Position numbers and translations under genes: made by a program | NCBI GenBank assembly: GCA_043823085.1 | Contig: JBDRBE010000004.1 | Location: 342,780 to 406,779, forward strand | DNA: 64,000 nt | Direction of reading: 5' to 3' | Source of the DNA: Candidatus Levyibacteriota bacterium | GTDB lineage: Bacteria; Patescibacteriota; Microgenomatia; Levybacterales; UBA12049 | Notes under the pieces: generated by a model | What the model was told of the DNA's origin: nothing | The model's database searches: none | Seen by the model: the letters and a program-made list of their open reading frames with translations, nothing else | Shown: in pieces, positions 17,826-27,301 of the stretch | Numbering within the stretch: position 1 is the stretch's first letter | Layout of the letters: each line of letters opens with the position of its first letter

Positions 17826-18698
17826 ATGGAAGATTACAGATTAGTACAACTTAACGAGCTTAATAAAAAAATCGAGGAAACAAAACTTCTTTTAAATGAC
17901 CCCGAGTTAGTTGAATTGGCAAAAAAGGAAATTAGTGAACTTGAAGAGCAAAAAAAATCACTTGAAGAAAGTCTCAATAAAGAACCTGAGGGAGAATCTT
18001 TTGACACCCGTAACGTAATTTTAGAAGTAAAGGGCGCAACAGGCGGACAGGAAGCAAAACTCTGGGGCGAAGAATTACTGCGAATGTATTCCCGCTTTGC
18101 GCAAAAAAAAGGATTTGATATTGAATCTTTTGACGAAAAGGTTCTTAAAATAAGCGGTTCTCAAAAAGCCCAAAATCCTTTTGGAGTTTTTAAATTTGAA
18201 GCAGGAGTCCACCGAGTCCAAAGAATTCCGGAAACTGAAAAACGCGGAAGAATTCACACGTCAACTGCAACAATTTCCATACTTCCAGAACTTGAAGATA
18301 TTGATTTACATATTAATCCCGAAGACATTGAATTTGAAGCGTATAGATCTGGCGGACACGGCGGACAAAATGTCAACAAAGTTTCAACTGCTGTAAGATT
18401 AAAACACAAACCAACCGGCATCGTTGTTACTTGCCAAACGCAAAGATTTCAAGCTCAAAACAGAGAACTGGCAATGGAATTACTCCGTGCCAAACTTTGG
18501 GAAATAGAAATTGAAAAACAAAACAAAGAAATCTCATCGCTAAAATCAACACAAGTTGGCCGCGGAATGCGGGCTGAAAAAATCAGAACCTATAATTTCC
18601 CGCAAAACCGCCTGACAGACCATAGGATTAATAAATCGTGGCACAACTTAGAAGAAATACTAGAAGGAAATTTGGATGAGGTAGTCAATAGTTTTTAA
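17826..18698 (+). CDS. prfA: peptide chain release factor 1
   Basis: GGQ motif [10 protein letters not shown]. Tripeptide PET (the PxT class) and no SPF, which points to RF1 rather than RF2. Confidence 0.8.
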   Translation: MEDYRLVQLNELNKKIEETKLLLNDPELVELAKKEISELEEQKKSLEESLNKEPEGESFDTRNVILEVKGATGGQEAKLWGEELLRMYSRFAQKKGFDIESFDEKVLKISGSQKAQNPFGVFKFEAGVHRVQRIPETEKRGRIHTSTATISILPELEDIDLHINPEDIEFEAYRSGGHGGQNVNKVSTAVRLKHKPTGIVVTCQTQRFQAQNRELAMELLRAKLWEIEIEKQNKEISSLKSTQVGRGMRAEKIRTYNFPQNRLTDHRINKSWHNLEEILEGNLDEVVNSF

Positions 18699-18753
18699 TT
18701 TAAATGTTTTGAACATTAAAAATTGATTGGAAATTGAAAATTGAAAATTTGGT

Positions 18754-20433
18754 TTAAGAAAGGTAGTTGAGATCTTTTGTTTTTAATTTTTCTATAGAAT
18801 CCAGTTTATCCTCTTTTAGAATTTTTGCAATATGTCTTCCGCCTGACAAATGCGGTAGGACAACATAATCTGCTCCCGCCTGATAAAGTTTCTTTGCCTC
18901 ATCTAAATCCTGTGAGACCACAATAACCTTTGCCTTTTTATTATTAGCTTTAAGTGCCTGCAAAAGAAGAAGATTATCCTCCGGATCTGTAATCGTTGAT
19001 ATTACAAGTTTTGCAGAAACCAATTGAGCAACTTCCTGAATCTCTAAATCCGTAATATCGCCAAAAAAACTGTCAATGCTTTCATTCCCTAATTTATTAA
19101 TAATGTCCGGATCAAAATCAATCACCACCACCTGATCTCCAAAATCTTTTAGCTCATCTAAAATGCTCTGTCCCATCCGGTGAGCCCCAACCAAAACAAC
19201 ATGATCCTTAAAGATTTTACGCTCTCCTATCTGTTCTTCATGCGCATCTTTTCTTTCGAAAATACTAAGATACCGATTCAACCACTGGTATAGAATATTA
19301 TTTCCTAAAATCATATAGCTTGAAAAAATAAAGGTAATAATACCAACCATTGTAACTAACGCCACTATTTCGTTTGGTATATGACCTAATTTATTTCCCA
19401 TAAAAACAACAATCAAACTAAATTCAGAAATTTGCGCAACAGTCAGTCCCGCAAAAAACGATGTTCTTTTGCGATACCGCAAAAGCCCCATTATGATCAT
19501 CACAATGATAGGATTTCCAATAAGCACAAAGCTTGCTAAGATAAGTGCCGGTAGCCAAATAGCGCCAATGTCTGAAAAAAGCATATTCATACCAAGGAGT
19601 ACAAAAAAAATGGTAATGAAAAAATCTCTCAAAGCTTTTACCCGCGCGGCAATTTGAAAGTTCTCACTGGAGTTGGCAAGTGCAAGTCCGGCCAAAAATC
19701 CTCCGATCTCAATCGAAAACCCAAACGGTGCAGAACTAACCAATGCAGTGACAAAAAATGCCCAAGCAATACTAAACAAAAATAAAGTTTCCGGAAATTT
19801 TGCAATTAGATCGGTAAACCTTGGAAAAATTTTTCGGCTTAGATAAATAATCGTCACAAATAATAACAAACCTTTCAGCAGAATCAAACCAAAATCAAAA
19901 AGTGAAATTGATACTCCATTTGTCTGGCTAAAACCGGAAAGAATCATAAGAATTAGAATTGCCACAAAATCCTGAACCAGTAAAAATCCAATCGATATCT
20001 TTCCATACAAACTGTTTAGGTCTTTTTTGTCTGAAAGAAGTTTGACGATGATAATCGTGCTTGAAAAAGTAAGTGCAACAGCAATATATAAGGCGGGAAG
20101 GGAAGAAAATCCAAGCAAAAGCGCAATTGTATATCCAATTATCGAGGTAAAGATAATCTGCGTAATCCCGGTAATAATGGCGATCTTTCCGACAGAGCGA
20201 AGCTCGTTGAATTTAAGTTCTAAACCAACCATAAACAAAAGAAATGTAATTCCCAGCTCAGCCAAAACGCGAAATATCTCTTGATTCCCAAACTGGAGTT
20301 GTCCAAAAGGACCTACAATAATACCGGTGAGAATGTAAGCTAGAATTGTTGGTTGCTTGAGAAGCCGAAAAACTACCGAAAGCAAAGAAGCCAAACAAAT
20401 AATAATGGTTATCTCAAAAAAAATACCGCCCAC
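18754..20433 (-). CDS. CPA2 family cation:proton antiporter with a C-terminal TrkA-N (RCK) domain (KefB-like)
   Basis: 559 aa. An N-terminal transmembrane region of about 13 TM helices and a Rossmann-like C-terminus (VVLVGAHRMGQSI..VVVID). Confidence 0.75.
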   Translation of the reverse strand: MGGIFFEITIIICLASLLSVVFRLLKQPTILAYILTGIIVGPFGQLQFGNQEIFRVLAELGITFLLFMVGLELKFNELRSVGKIAIITGITQIIFTSIIGYTIALLLGFSSLPALYIAVALTFSSTIIIVKLLSDKKDLNSLYGKISIGFLLVQDFVAILILMILSGFSQTNGVSISLFDFGLILLKGLLLFVTIIYLSRKIFPRFTDLIAKFPETLFLFSIAWAFFVTALVSSAPFGFSIEIGGFLAGLALANSSENFQIAARVKALRDFFITIFFVLLGMNMLFSDIGAIWLPALILASFVLIGNPIIVMIIMGLLRYRKRTSFFAGLTVAQISEFSLIVVFMGNKLGHIPNEIVALVTMVGIITFIFSSYMILGNNILYQWLNRYLSIFERKDAHEEQIGERKIFKDHVVLVGAHRMGQSILDELKDFGDQVVVIDFDPDIINKLGNESIDSFFGDITDLEIQEVAQLVSAKLVISTITDPEDNLLLLQALKANNKKAKVIVVSQDLDEAKKLYQAGADYVVLPHLSGGRHIAKILKEDKLDSIEKLKTKDLNYLS

Positions 20434-20475
20434 ATATTAAGACTAACATTTTTTATTAACTTATTTCAACAAGGA

Positions 20476-21630
20476 TTACTGGTTTGGGGCGGATTCGAAG
20501 GTTACCTTAACTTCTATTGTTTTTTCGTCTCTCCAAAGAGTAATTGTCGAACTATCCCCAACTTTCTTTTTTGCAATAACTGCAGAAATTTCAGTTGTCC
20601 CGGCAATTCTTTGATTATCGATTTTAGTAATAATGTCAGTACTTTTTATTCCGCCCTTATCTGCCGGTGAATTTGCAATAACTTTTTGCACATATGCTCC
20701 CTCAGGTAAATTATTCATCACTGCCAAATCGCGGCTAATCATTTTATACGTTACACCAAGATAAGGCCTGTTGAATTGACCGGTTTTATTAAAATTATCA
20801 AGAGAATCTTTAACTACATTTATCGGAAGAGCAAAACCAATATTTTGTCCATTACTTGCAACCGCAGTATTTATACCAATAACTTGAGCGCTGGAATTAA
20901 GAAGAGGCCCGCCGGAATTTCCCGGATTTATTGCCGCATTTGTTTGGATTACATTATCAAGCTTTTCAACATAGCCTTGAAATTGATCTCCTGCAGTAAT
21001 TCCCCTGCCAAGTCCCGAAATTACTCCGGTTGTCACAGTATTTCTAAATTCTCCAAGCGCTGTTCCTATGGCAATTGCAAACTGTCCAACCTGAAGACGC
21101 GAAGAATCCCCCATTGTAATGGGCTTTAAATCTGCGCCGGGATTTTGGGACGGATCAATTTTTAAAATTGCTATATCATTTAACGGATCGCGGTAAATTT
21201 TTTGAACATCATATTTTTTATCATTGCTTGTAATAATCTGATATTTTCCACCGATATCTGAAACAACATGTTTATTAGTTACTACCAGCCCATCCGAAGT
21301 CACAATAAAACCTGAGCCGATATTTTGCGGCTGGGGCGTTTGCTGTTGGTTTTGATCAGGAATCCCAAAAATCGAAAACGGTCCAAAGTCAAAAAAGGAA
21401 GAAGAAGCAACAAGTGAAATTTCTTCCGAAACTGTTACAACCGACGGTCCAACTTTCTTTACCGCGTCTATCACAACCGATTCTTCCGTTACAACTTTTA
21501 CTTTTTCACTTTGAAGAGCCAATGGCTGATTTTTTAGAATGTTTAGGACCGAAGTTCCGTATTTATCTGCGGCATTAAAAACTATAAGCGCAATGACTAA
21601 TATTAAAACTAAAATAATAAGTTTTCTCAT
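20476..21630 (-). CDS. htrA: HtrA/DegP-type serine protease (S1C) with a PDZ domain
   Basis: Catalytic motifs HVV, DIAILK, GNSGGPLLN. C-terminal PDZ domain. N-terminal signal anchor. Confidence 0.85.
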   Translation of the reverse strand: MRKLIILVLILVIALIVFNAADKYGTSVLNILKNQPLALQSEKVKVVTEESVVIDAVKKVGPSVVTVSEEISLVASSSFFDFGPFSIFGIPDQNQQQTPQPQNIGSGFIVTSDGLVVTNKHVVSDIGGKYQIITSNDKKYDVQKIYRDPLNDIAILKIDPSQNPGADLKPITMGDSSRLQVGQFAIAIGTALGEFRNTVTTGVISGLGRGITAGDQFQGYVEKLDNVIQTNAAINPGNSGGPLLNSSAQVIGINTAVASNGQNIGFALPINVVKDSLDNFNKTGQFNRPYLGVTYKMISRDLAVMNNLPEGAYVQKVIANSPADKGGIKSTDIITKIDNQRIAGTTEISAVIAKKKVGDSSTITLWRDEKTIEVKVTFESAPNQ

Positions 21631-21650
21631 AGTTAACGCTTTTAGAAAGC

Positions 21651-21805
21651 GCGGGAAGGCACAAAATTTTCGCAGTTCGCATTTCGAGCTAACAACTTTT
21701 GATACGAATTTTTAAAACCCCCAGAGTATTATTTTGCTTTGAATTAAATCAAAACTGTTGCGAGCTGCGGAACAAGAAAACTTTTGTGCCGACCTCAGCG
21801 CGACA
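21651..21805. mobile_element. MITE-like element with terminal inverted repeats GGCACAAAATTTTCGCAGTTCGCA / TGCGAGCTGCGGAACAAGAAAACTTTTGTGCCGAC
   Basis: Terminal inverted repeats are reverse complements of each other. Full copies at 36031-36190 and 48401-48525. Solo arms at 2380-2412, 45935-45990 and 58291-58340. Confidence 0.6.
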
Positions 21806-21808
21806 TCA

Positions 21809-23065
21809 CTATTTTATCAATTCCAAAACTGCCTTTTCAAGCTGTGTATCATGCGTTATATCTTTTTCGTCCGCAGAAACTGCGATATCCGGCGTCAATC
21901 CTTTTCCGTTAACCCAAGTTCCATTTGGCGTCAGCCATTTGGCAATTGTTACATGGAGTCCGGCCCCGTTTCCCAAATCTTCTGCCTGCTGAATTGTTCC
22001 CTTGCCAAACGAAGTTTCTCCAATTAATTTTGCCCGTTTGTAATCAGACATTGCTCCCGCGACAATTTCCGACGCCGAAGCGCTTCCTTTATTTATCAAA
22101 ACCGCCAATGGAACATTTGTCAAAAGTCCTTTTCTTGAAACTGCAAAAGGAGTTTTATTATCATTTCCTTTATCCTGAATTACAACTGTTCCGCTTTTTA
22201 TAAATTCCGAAGCAATAAATGTTGCATCAGTCAAATACCCTCCCGGATTATTTCGTAAATCCAAAATCACTCCTTTAATACTTTTGTCCTCATTCAATTT
22301 AAGCGATAAATTATTCGCCAGAGACAGCCATTCCTGGTTTGTATTATCGCCAAATTGCGACAATCGAATGTAAGCTATCTTACTTTCGGCAAATTTTTGG
22401 TCAAGCTTAATTCCGGCAATTTCGGAAACTTTTTTAATCCACATCGTCACGCTTTTTACAACAATTACATCTCTTGTTATTTTAATATCAACCGCCTTTT
22501 CGGAATTTTTATGTAAAATTGATAAAACAACCTGCGTACCTTTTGGTCCTCTTATTTTTTCTACAGCTTGAGAAAGAGTCCAACCGGCTGTTTGTTTGCC
22601 ATCAACTTTAAGAATTGCATCTCCAGCTTTTATCCCCGAATTTTGGGCAGGGGTACCGTCAAGGGGCGAAATCACAATTATTTGCTTATCTTTTAATCCA
22701 AGCTCCGCGCCAATTCCTTGAAATTGTCCTGACAAACCCTCCTTAAAATCAGAGTTTTGAACCGGCGGTAAAAAAACAGTATAAGGATCACCAATGCTTG
22801 AAACCATACCCGAGATAGCACCGTTAAGAAGTTTTTTTGGATCAATTATTGTTTTATCGTAATATAAAGTATTTAATTTATCGAAAACTGACCAGAAAAG
22901 TGTAAAATCAACCGAGGAATCTGCGGTGGGCGGCTCGCGGTTTATAACCGTAACCTTTGGTTTAAAATTTTTCCACTCAAGAGAAACTTTGGAAACGCCA
23001 ATATAATAACCTAAAAAAGCGGATATTAAAGCAATGACAACAATTTGCAGAAATTTTGGCTTCAT
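21809..23065 (-). CDS. ctpA: carboxyl-terminal processing protease (S41, CtpA-like) with a PDZ domain
   Basis: S41 motifs (GVILDLRNNPGGYL, GSASASEIVAG, catalytic Ser/Lys). N-terminal signal anchor. Confidence 0.85.
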   Translation of the reverse strand: MKPKFLQIVVIALISAFLGYYIGVSKVSLEWKNFKPKVTVINREPPTADSSVDFTLFWSVFDKLNTLYYDKTIIDPKKLLNGAISGMVSSIGDPYTVFLPPVQNSDFKEGLSGQFQGIGAELGLKDKQIIVISPLDGTPAQNSGIKAGDAILKVDGKQTAGWTLSQAVEKIRGPKGTQVVLSILHKNSEKAVDIKITRDVIVVKSVTMWIKKVSEIAGIKLDQKFAESKIAYIRLSQFGDNTNQEWLSLANNLSLKLNEDKSIKGVILDLRNNPGGYLTDATFIASEFIKSGTVVIQDKGNDNKTPFAVSRKGLLTNVPLAVLINKGSASASEIVAGAMSDYKRAKLIGETSFGKGTIQQAEDLGNGAGLHVTIAKWLTPNGTWVNGKGLTPDIAVSADEKDITHDTQLEKAVLELIK

Positions 23066-23074
23066 TAAAAGAAT

Positions 23075-23305
23075 TTATCTGTTTGCGATAAATGGCAAAA
23101 GCGCAAGGAATCTTGCGTGTTTAATGGTAAAAGTTAGAACCCTTTGATGTTTTGAACAAAGTCCGTTTCGGCTTCTTGGCACAATCTTTCCTCTCTCGGT
23201 TAGATACCTGCGCAAAGTTTCAATTTCGCCATAAAAAGGCTCTTTTTTTTCCTTACAGAAATAACAATTTTTTGGTACAACTATTTTTTTTTGTAATCGT
23301 CTCAT
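23075..23305 (-). CDS. rpsR: ribosomal protein S18
   Basis: Motifs CYFCKE..IETLRRYLTERGKIVPRSRNGLCSKHQRVLTFTIKHARFLALLP. The ORF track has a spurious N-terminal extension; the likely start is MRRLQKK. Confidence 0.8.
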   Translation of the reverse strand: MRRLQKKIVVPKNCYFCKEKKEPFYGEIETLRRYLTERGKIVPRSRNGLCSKHQRVLTFTIKHARFLALLPFIANR

Positions 23306-23306
23306 G

Positions 23307-23795
23307 TTAGAAAGGAATATCGTCTGGAGACACCTCTTCTTCCGGCTCTGCAGATTCAACCTTGGCTTTTTCTTCTTTTTTAGCGCTGACTTTTTTAGAC
23401 TCTTTCTTTTCTTCCGCTGGTTCTTTTGAAACTTCACTGCTTCTTGCCTCTTCTCCTACTCTTTTGGAGTCAAGCAGAAGCATATCGTCAATAACTACTT
23501 CCGTAATAGTTTTTTGCGTACCGTCCTGTGCTTGCCAGGATCTTGTCGAAAGCCTTCCCTCAACATAAACTTTTCGCCCCTTTACTAAAAATTGACTGCA
23601 AATCTCTGCTAATTTATTCCAGGAAACAATTCTGTGAAATTCCGTGTCTTCTTTTTTTTCGCCGGTATCTGTCGTCCAACTTCTATTGGTTGCAATACCG
23701 AAAGAACAAACTGCTGTTCCGTTTGCCGTATAGCGCAACTCCGGATCGCGGGTCATATTCCCAATCAACTGTACTCTATTTAAACTTCGTGCCAT
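23307..23795 (-). CDS. ssb: single-stranded DNA-binding protein
   Basis: OB-fold N-terminus MARSLNRVQLIGNMTRDPELRYT. Acidic tail ending DDIPF. The upstream extension is translated repeat sequence. Confidence 0.85.
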   Translation of the reverse strand: MARSLNRVQLIGNMTRDPELRYTANGTAVCSFGIATNRSWTTDTGEKKEDTEFHRIVSWNKLAEICSQFLVKGRKVYVEGRLSTRSWQAQDGTQKTITEVVIDDMLLLDSKRVGEEARSSEVSKEPAEEKKESKKVSAKKEEKAKVESAEPEEEVSPDDIPF

Positions 23796-23955
23796 ATCCT
23801 TTTGGATTTCTTGACGTTGGATATTCTTGATATTCTTGACCTTGACGTTTTTGACTTTTTGATATCTTGAAATCAAGAATTCAATTCTTCAATTCGTCAG
23901 CTGACGAATCAAGATCAAAAATATCGCACTTCCAACTTCTAGATATCTAATTTCA
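23796..23955. repeat. palindromic intergenic element (TTCGTCAGCTGACGAA core flanked by TTGAAGTCTTGATATCTTGA words)
   Basis: Family copy between rpsF and ssb. Confidence 0.6.
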
Positions 23956-24231
23956 CTATTTTTTCCTAATCAATAACGACCTTAAAACTCCTTCTTGATT
24001 CAAAATTTTCTTTTCAAAATCCTGCGGGATTGAATCTCCTTCTAGCGATAAGTGATAATAAAATCCGCTTTTTTCTCTTTTTATCGGATAGCTCAAAACT
24101 TTCTCGCCCCATTCTTCTTCCTTTGTAACTTTTATTTTCCCAAGCCAGGATTTTATTGTTTCAAGTAGTTTTTTTCGGGCGTTTTCGGCCATTGAACTGT
24201 TAAAAATCACGGCTAAATTGTATGTTCGCAT
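23956..24231 (-). CDS. rpsF: ribosomal protein S6
   Basis: MRTYNLAVIF..YYHLSLEG. Operon order rpsF-ssb-rpsR is canonical. Confidence 0.85.
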   Translation of the reverse strand: MRTYNLAVIFNSSMAENARKKLLETIKSWLGKIKVTKEEEWGEKVLSYPIKREKSGFYYHLSLEGDSIPQDFEKKILNQEGVLRSLLIRKK

Positions 24232-24267
24232 AGTTTTTTAATACTATCATATTCAAAAACGAAAAAG

Positions 24268-24343
24268 CAAGCCCCGTATAAGCGCTCCTTCGACGCGAGG
24301 ATGTAAACCTCGAGAGAAGGTAAGCTTTGTACGGGGCAAGCAC
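24268..24343 (-). promoter_or_regulatory. candidate structured 5' leader of the rpsF operon (possible S6:S18 autoregulatory leader)
   Basis: GC-rich nested helix GCAAGCCCCGTA..TACGGGGCAAGC enclosing CTCGAGG/CCTCGAG hairpins. Lies in the rpsF 5' UTR, roughly 60 nt upstream of the ATG. Confidence 0.3.
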
Positions 24344-24460
24344 TATTGCAGACTGTATTGCAAACTGTTATTGACAAACATACCTATACCTTTATACACT
24401 GTAAACAAGAAAGAAATTGCCCCCTTAAAAATTAAGGGGATGTTTTTGGTGAATTAACAT

Positions 24461-25705
24461 ATGAGGCGTTTCTCAAGAGCTCAAATTTTAGCTATTATTA
24501 CCACCATTATCATTGTTGGAGCTATTCCTCTCACCGTCTTTCTCGCCCGCCAACAGCAGGAAATAAGACAAAGAGCCTCCGGAAGAGAAAATGCACACTG
24601 CAACACTGGTGATACTAATTTTCCAGGCGGATATGATTATGTTGCCGGCGGACTTGATACTTATGTCCTTGCTTCTAATGGCGCTTGCAACGAAACAGGC
24701 GCAATTCCAGGAGTCCTTGTGCATGCCGAAGCCCTTCATAATGGTCCATGCGATAGAAACAATGAAGCAAATGATTTTCCTGGTTGTACAACTAGAGAGT
24801 TCATTCCACGGACGGAAATTGATGGGGAAGGATGCGGAATGAGTGGGAATGGCAGAACTGATATACATGGAGAAACCTATCTTTTTCCTCTTAATTGCGG
24901 GCACAATAATTTTCGAATCTCCGTTATAATTTCCCCAGATTATAAATTTACAGGATGGAATATTAACGGCGGGACATGTAGCACCACTGAATTAAGTCAG
25001 GCAGAAATAGAAGTACTAAATGGCGGCGATAAAATTTTGAGAATTTTTTATCAGCCGCCGACTGCACCAACTCCAACTCCTCCAACAGCAACTGCCACCG
25101 TCACTCCTCCAACAGCAACTGCCACCCCAACAAAAACCCCTACTCCAACGCCGACTGGAGTCCTCCCAACAGCGACTCCAACGAAAACTCCTACTCCTCC
25201 AACAACTGCAACTGTGACGCCGCCGGTTTATCCAACTCCCGAACCTTTCTATGTCTCTTTCGTCTGTAACAATTGTCAAGCAGCCCAAGTTCCGACTGCA
25301 ACGCCAACGCCTACAATAGCTGTAACTTCGCCCTCTTACTATCCACCGCTACCTCCAGCTACAGCTTGGCCGAGTGCCACACGTGTTCCAACAGTAACTC
25401 GTACTCCAACGCCAACACCGACGCGCACGCCAACACCGACGCCAACTCGTGGTCCAACGCCAACACCGACGCGCACGCCAACACCCGGCCCGACCGGCAC
25501 GCCAAGGCCGTCTTACTTTGTTGTAATTACAACAAAACCAACAATAGTTATAACAAGTAAAGTTGGCGGCCCAACTCAAGCTGCTCAAGGAGGAAGTCCT
25601 GCGCCAACTCTGCCGCCGACAGGAAGCATTAGTACACCTGTTGCCATAGGAATTGGCGGAATTATCTCTGTTATAATAGGAAGTATTATTTTCTTATTGT
25701 TATAA
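24461..25705 (+). CDS. cell-surface protein with an LPXTG-type sorting signal (LPPTGS plus a hydrophobic tail), a Cys-rich domain and a long Thr/Pro linker
   Basis: N-terminal signal anchor. PTATPTPTPPTATATV repeats. C-terminus TLPPTGSISTPVAIGIGGIISVIIGSIIFLLL. Confidence 0.6.
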   Translation: MRRFSRAQILAIITTIIIVGAIPLTVFLARQQQEIRQRASGRENAHCNTGDTNFPGGYDYVAGGLDTYVLASNGACNETGAIPGVLVHAEALHNGPCDRNNEANDFPGCTTREFIPRTEIDGEGCGMSGNGRTDIHGETYLFPLNCGHNNFRISVIISPDYKFTGWNINGGTCSTTELSQAEIEVLNGGDKILRIFYQPPTAPTPTPPTATATVTPPTATATPTKTPTPTPTGVLPTATPTKTPTPPTTATVTPPVYPTPEPFYVSFVCNNCQAAQVPTATPTPTIAVTSPSYYPPLPPATAWPSATRVPTVTRTPTPTPTRTPTPTPTRGPTPTPTRTPTPGPTGTPRPSYFVVITTKPTIVITSKVGGPTQAAQGGSPAPTLPPTGSISTPVAIGIGGIISVIIGSIIFLLL

Positions 25706-25711
25706 ACAAGT

Positions 25712-26482
25712 TTGAAAGCTCGCTTGAAAACTTTGTTTTCAAGCTTCGCTTATAAAATTATGAAATTACGATCAAAAAAAGGTATTTTTTCAATTTTTAT
25801 TCTTCTGCTTTTAATTGGCGGCGTGGCGCTAACGGTTTATCAAGCAAGAAAACCCCAGGAAATTCGCCAAAGAGCTCAAGAAGCCCAACCATGCACAAAA
25901 GGAACGGTCGTTTGCCAATGGAACCCCCAAACTCTCCCCTCCGGCATTACTTCCTCCCAGCTGCTATATAAGTTAGAAATTTTTGATACTGGCGATGATA
26001 AAATTATTGCGTATCAGGATAATAATGTTAGCTATAGCACCACCTCAATAACAAAATCCTACCCTGTAAATTCCTATCCATTCTACGCGGATCATAAATA
26101 TGCCTGCCGGATAACACCAAGATTTGTCATCTCTGGTCAGACCATCCTCGGAAATCCACAAACATCGACCCCTCCACAAGCTATCTGTTCTTCGCAAGCC
26201 GCCACGGCAACCCCGGTTCCCGTAATTGGTGCTCCAACCGTCACTCCCGTGGCCGTCGCGACCGGCACGCCAGTACCAGGAAGTGGACAATGCTATGCAG
26301 ACTGTACCACTAACAAAGCTTCATGTTCCTCCCCCTACAAATGTCTTTCTTTTTGCCCAAATGGCAAGTTTTATGGTCCCAACTCTAGCAATTATTGTAG
26401 TTCTGACGTTTTCACATATAAATGCGCCAATGATGGCTGTCCAGACTTCCCCACCTGCGACTGCGGTGGATCCCAAGACTAA
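25712..26482 (+). CDS. secreted Cys-rich protein, N-terminal paralog of the preceding gene
   Basis: Shares the anchor motif TV(Y/F)xAR..QEIRQRA with the 24461 protein. Multiple Cys. No LPXTG. Confidence 0.5.
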   Translation: MKARLKTLFSSFAYKIMKLRSKKGIFSIFILLLLIGGVALTVYQARKPQEIRQRAQEAQPCTKGTVVCQWNPQTLPSGITSSQLLYKLEIFDTGDDKIIAYQDNNVSYSTTSITKSYPVNSYPFYADHKYACRITPRFVISGQTILGNPQTSTPPQAICSSQAATATPVPVIGAPTVTPVAVATGTPVPGSGQCYADCTTNKASCSSPYKCLSFCPNGKFYGPNSSNYCSSDVFTYKCANDGCPDFPTCDCGGSQD

Positions 26483-26598
26483 ATAAAAATCTTCCTTATC
26501 CTCTTGAATCTTTGACTATGGCGGAAGTGATTAGATCCTCTCAAATCTTGCATTTTCCGCCGAATTTTCGTATCATTATAGGTCAATAAATAGCTCAT

Positions 26599-27237
26599 AT
26601 GATGCTTTCAGAAGTCCTTACAAAAAATGATCATTTACCAGGAACGAAATCTCACAAAGTTGTTACTATATATGAAATGAAACCTCCTAAAACAACAGAT
26701 TGCTCTTTTTTACCTCAAGAACCAGATGAGTATCCCGAAGAAACCAGAAAAAAAATAGTATTTTATACCATGGCCATAAACAAAGTCTTGGATGACCCTG
26801 CCGGAAAACCGCTTCAGCAGGAACAAAAAAATGAATATAAAATGGCGCTGCTTACCTACTGTTTCCATTTAGGTTTAGGCAACCATTCAACATATTCAAT
26901 AACTAGTGATACTGACGATACAGCAAGGGTACTTAATATTGCAAACCTAGAATGTCGGAGACTTTTAGGATCATTGAGAACCCCTCGCCTAGAAAAAGCC
27001 GTAGATGATCTAGAAGGAATAATTATTCCAATTGATACATTTCGGAAAAGAATTGATCACAAGGTTAAATCATTTAAAAAGAATGGGCAAATGCTATCCG
27101 CTGAAGAAATAGCAGAAATCCTCAATATAAGTCTTGATGAGGCAGAAAGAGCTTTTAAGAGAATGAAAAAAAGATCAGAAGGCAGAGGTGGTCGTCACTC
27201 AATTGGAAAACCAAAAGCAACTATCCCCCAATTTTAA
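26599..27237 (+). CDS. hypothetical protein with a C-terminal sigma region-4-like HTH
   Basis: HTH segment MLSAEEIAEILNISLDEAERAFKRMKK. Confidence 0.35.
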   Translation: MMLSEVLTKNDHLPGTKSHKVVTIYEMKPPKTTDCSFLPQEPDEYPEETRKKIVFYTMAINKVLDDPAGKPLQQEQKNEYKMALLTYCFHLGLGNHSTYSITSDTDDTARVLNIANLECRRLLGSLRTPRLEKAVDDLEGIIIPIDTFRKRIDHKVKSFKKNGQMLSAEEIAEILNISLDEAERAFKRMKKRSEGRGGRHSIGKPKATIPQF

Positions 27238-27301
27238 TCCCTGCTACCCCTAGGGGGTTATCATATTGCAATTTTGACTAAAATATTGTATACTATAAGT
27301 T

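Noticed and set aside
18699-18753. AT-rich AAATTGAAAATTGAAAATTTGG block after prfA, with a similar block after cysS (35322-35440), considered as a further mobile-element family.
   Set aside because: The similarity is limited to low-complexity AT-rich words plus one small hairpin (AATGTT-TTG-AACATT). It is more simply read as bidirectional terminator regions. It is noted but not called as a feature.
23796-23876. N-terminal extension of ssb (MISRYQKVKNVKVKNIKNIQRQEIQKD) and similar extensions on rpsR, tsf, rpsB, ybeY, rpsU, HIT, the gnd-like gene and the beta-propeller ORF.
   Set aside because: The extensions are translations of intergenic repeat or leader DNA. Conserved N-termini begin at internal Met codons, which usually have better spacing to promoter or RBS signals.
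25016-25588. ORFs 25016-25288 (minus), 25273-25560 (plus) and 25349-25588 (minus), rich in Cys, Trp and Arg.
   Set aside because: These are alternative-frame translations of the ACNCCNACN (Thr/Pro) codon repeats of the LPXTG protein linker and are artefactual.
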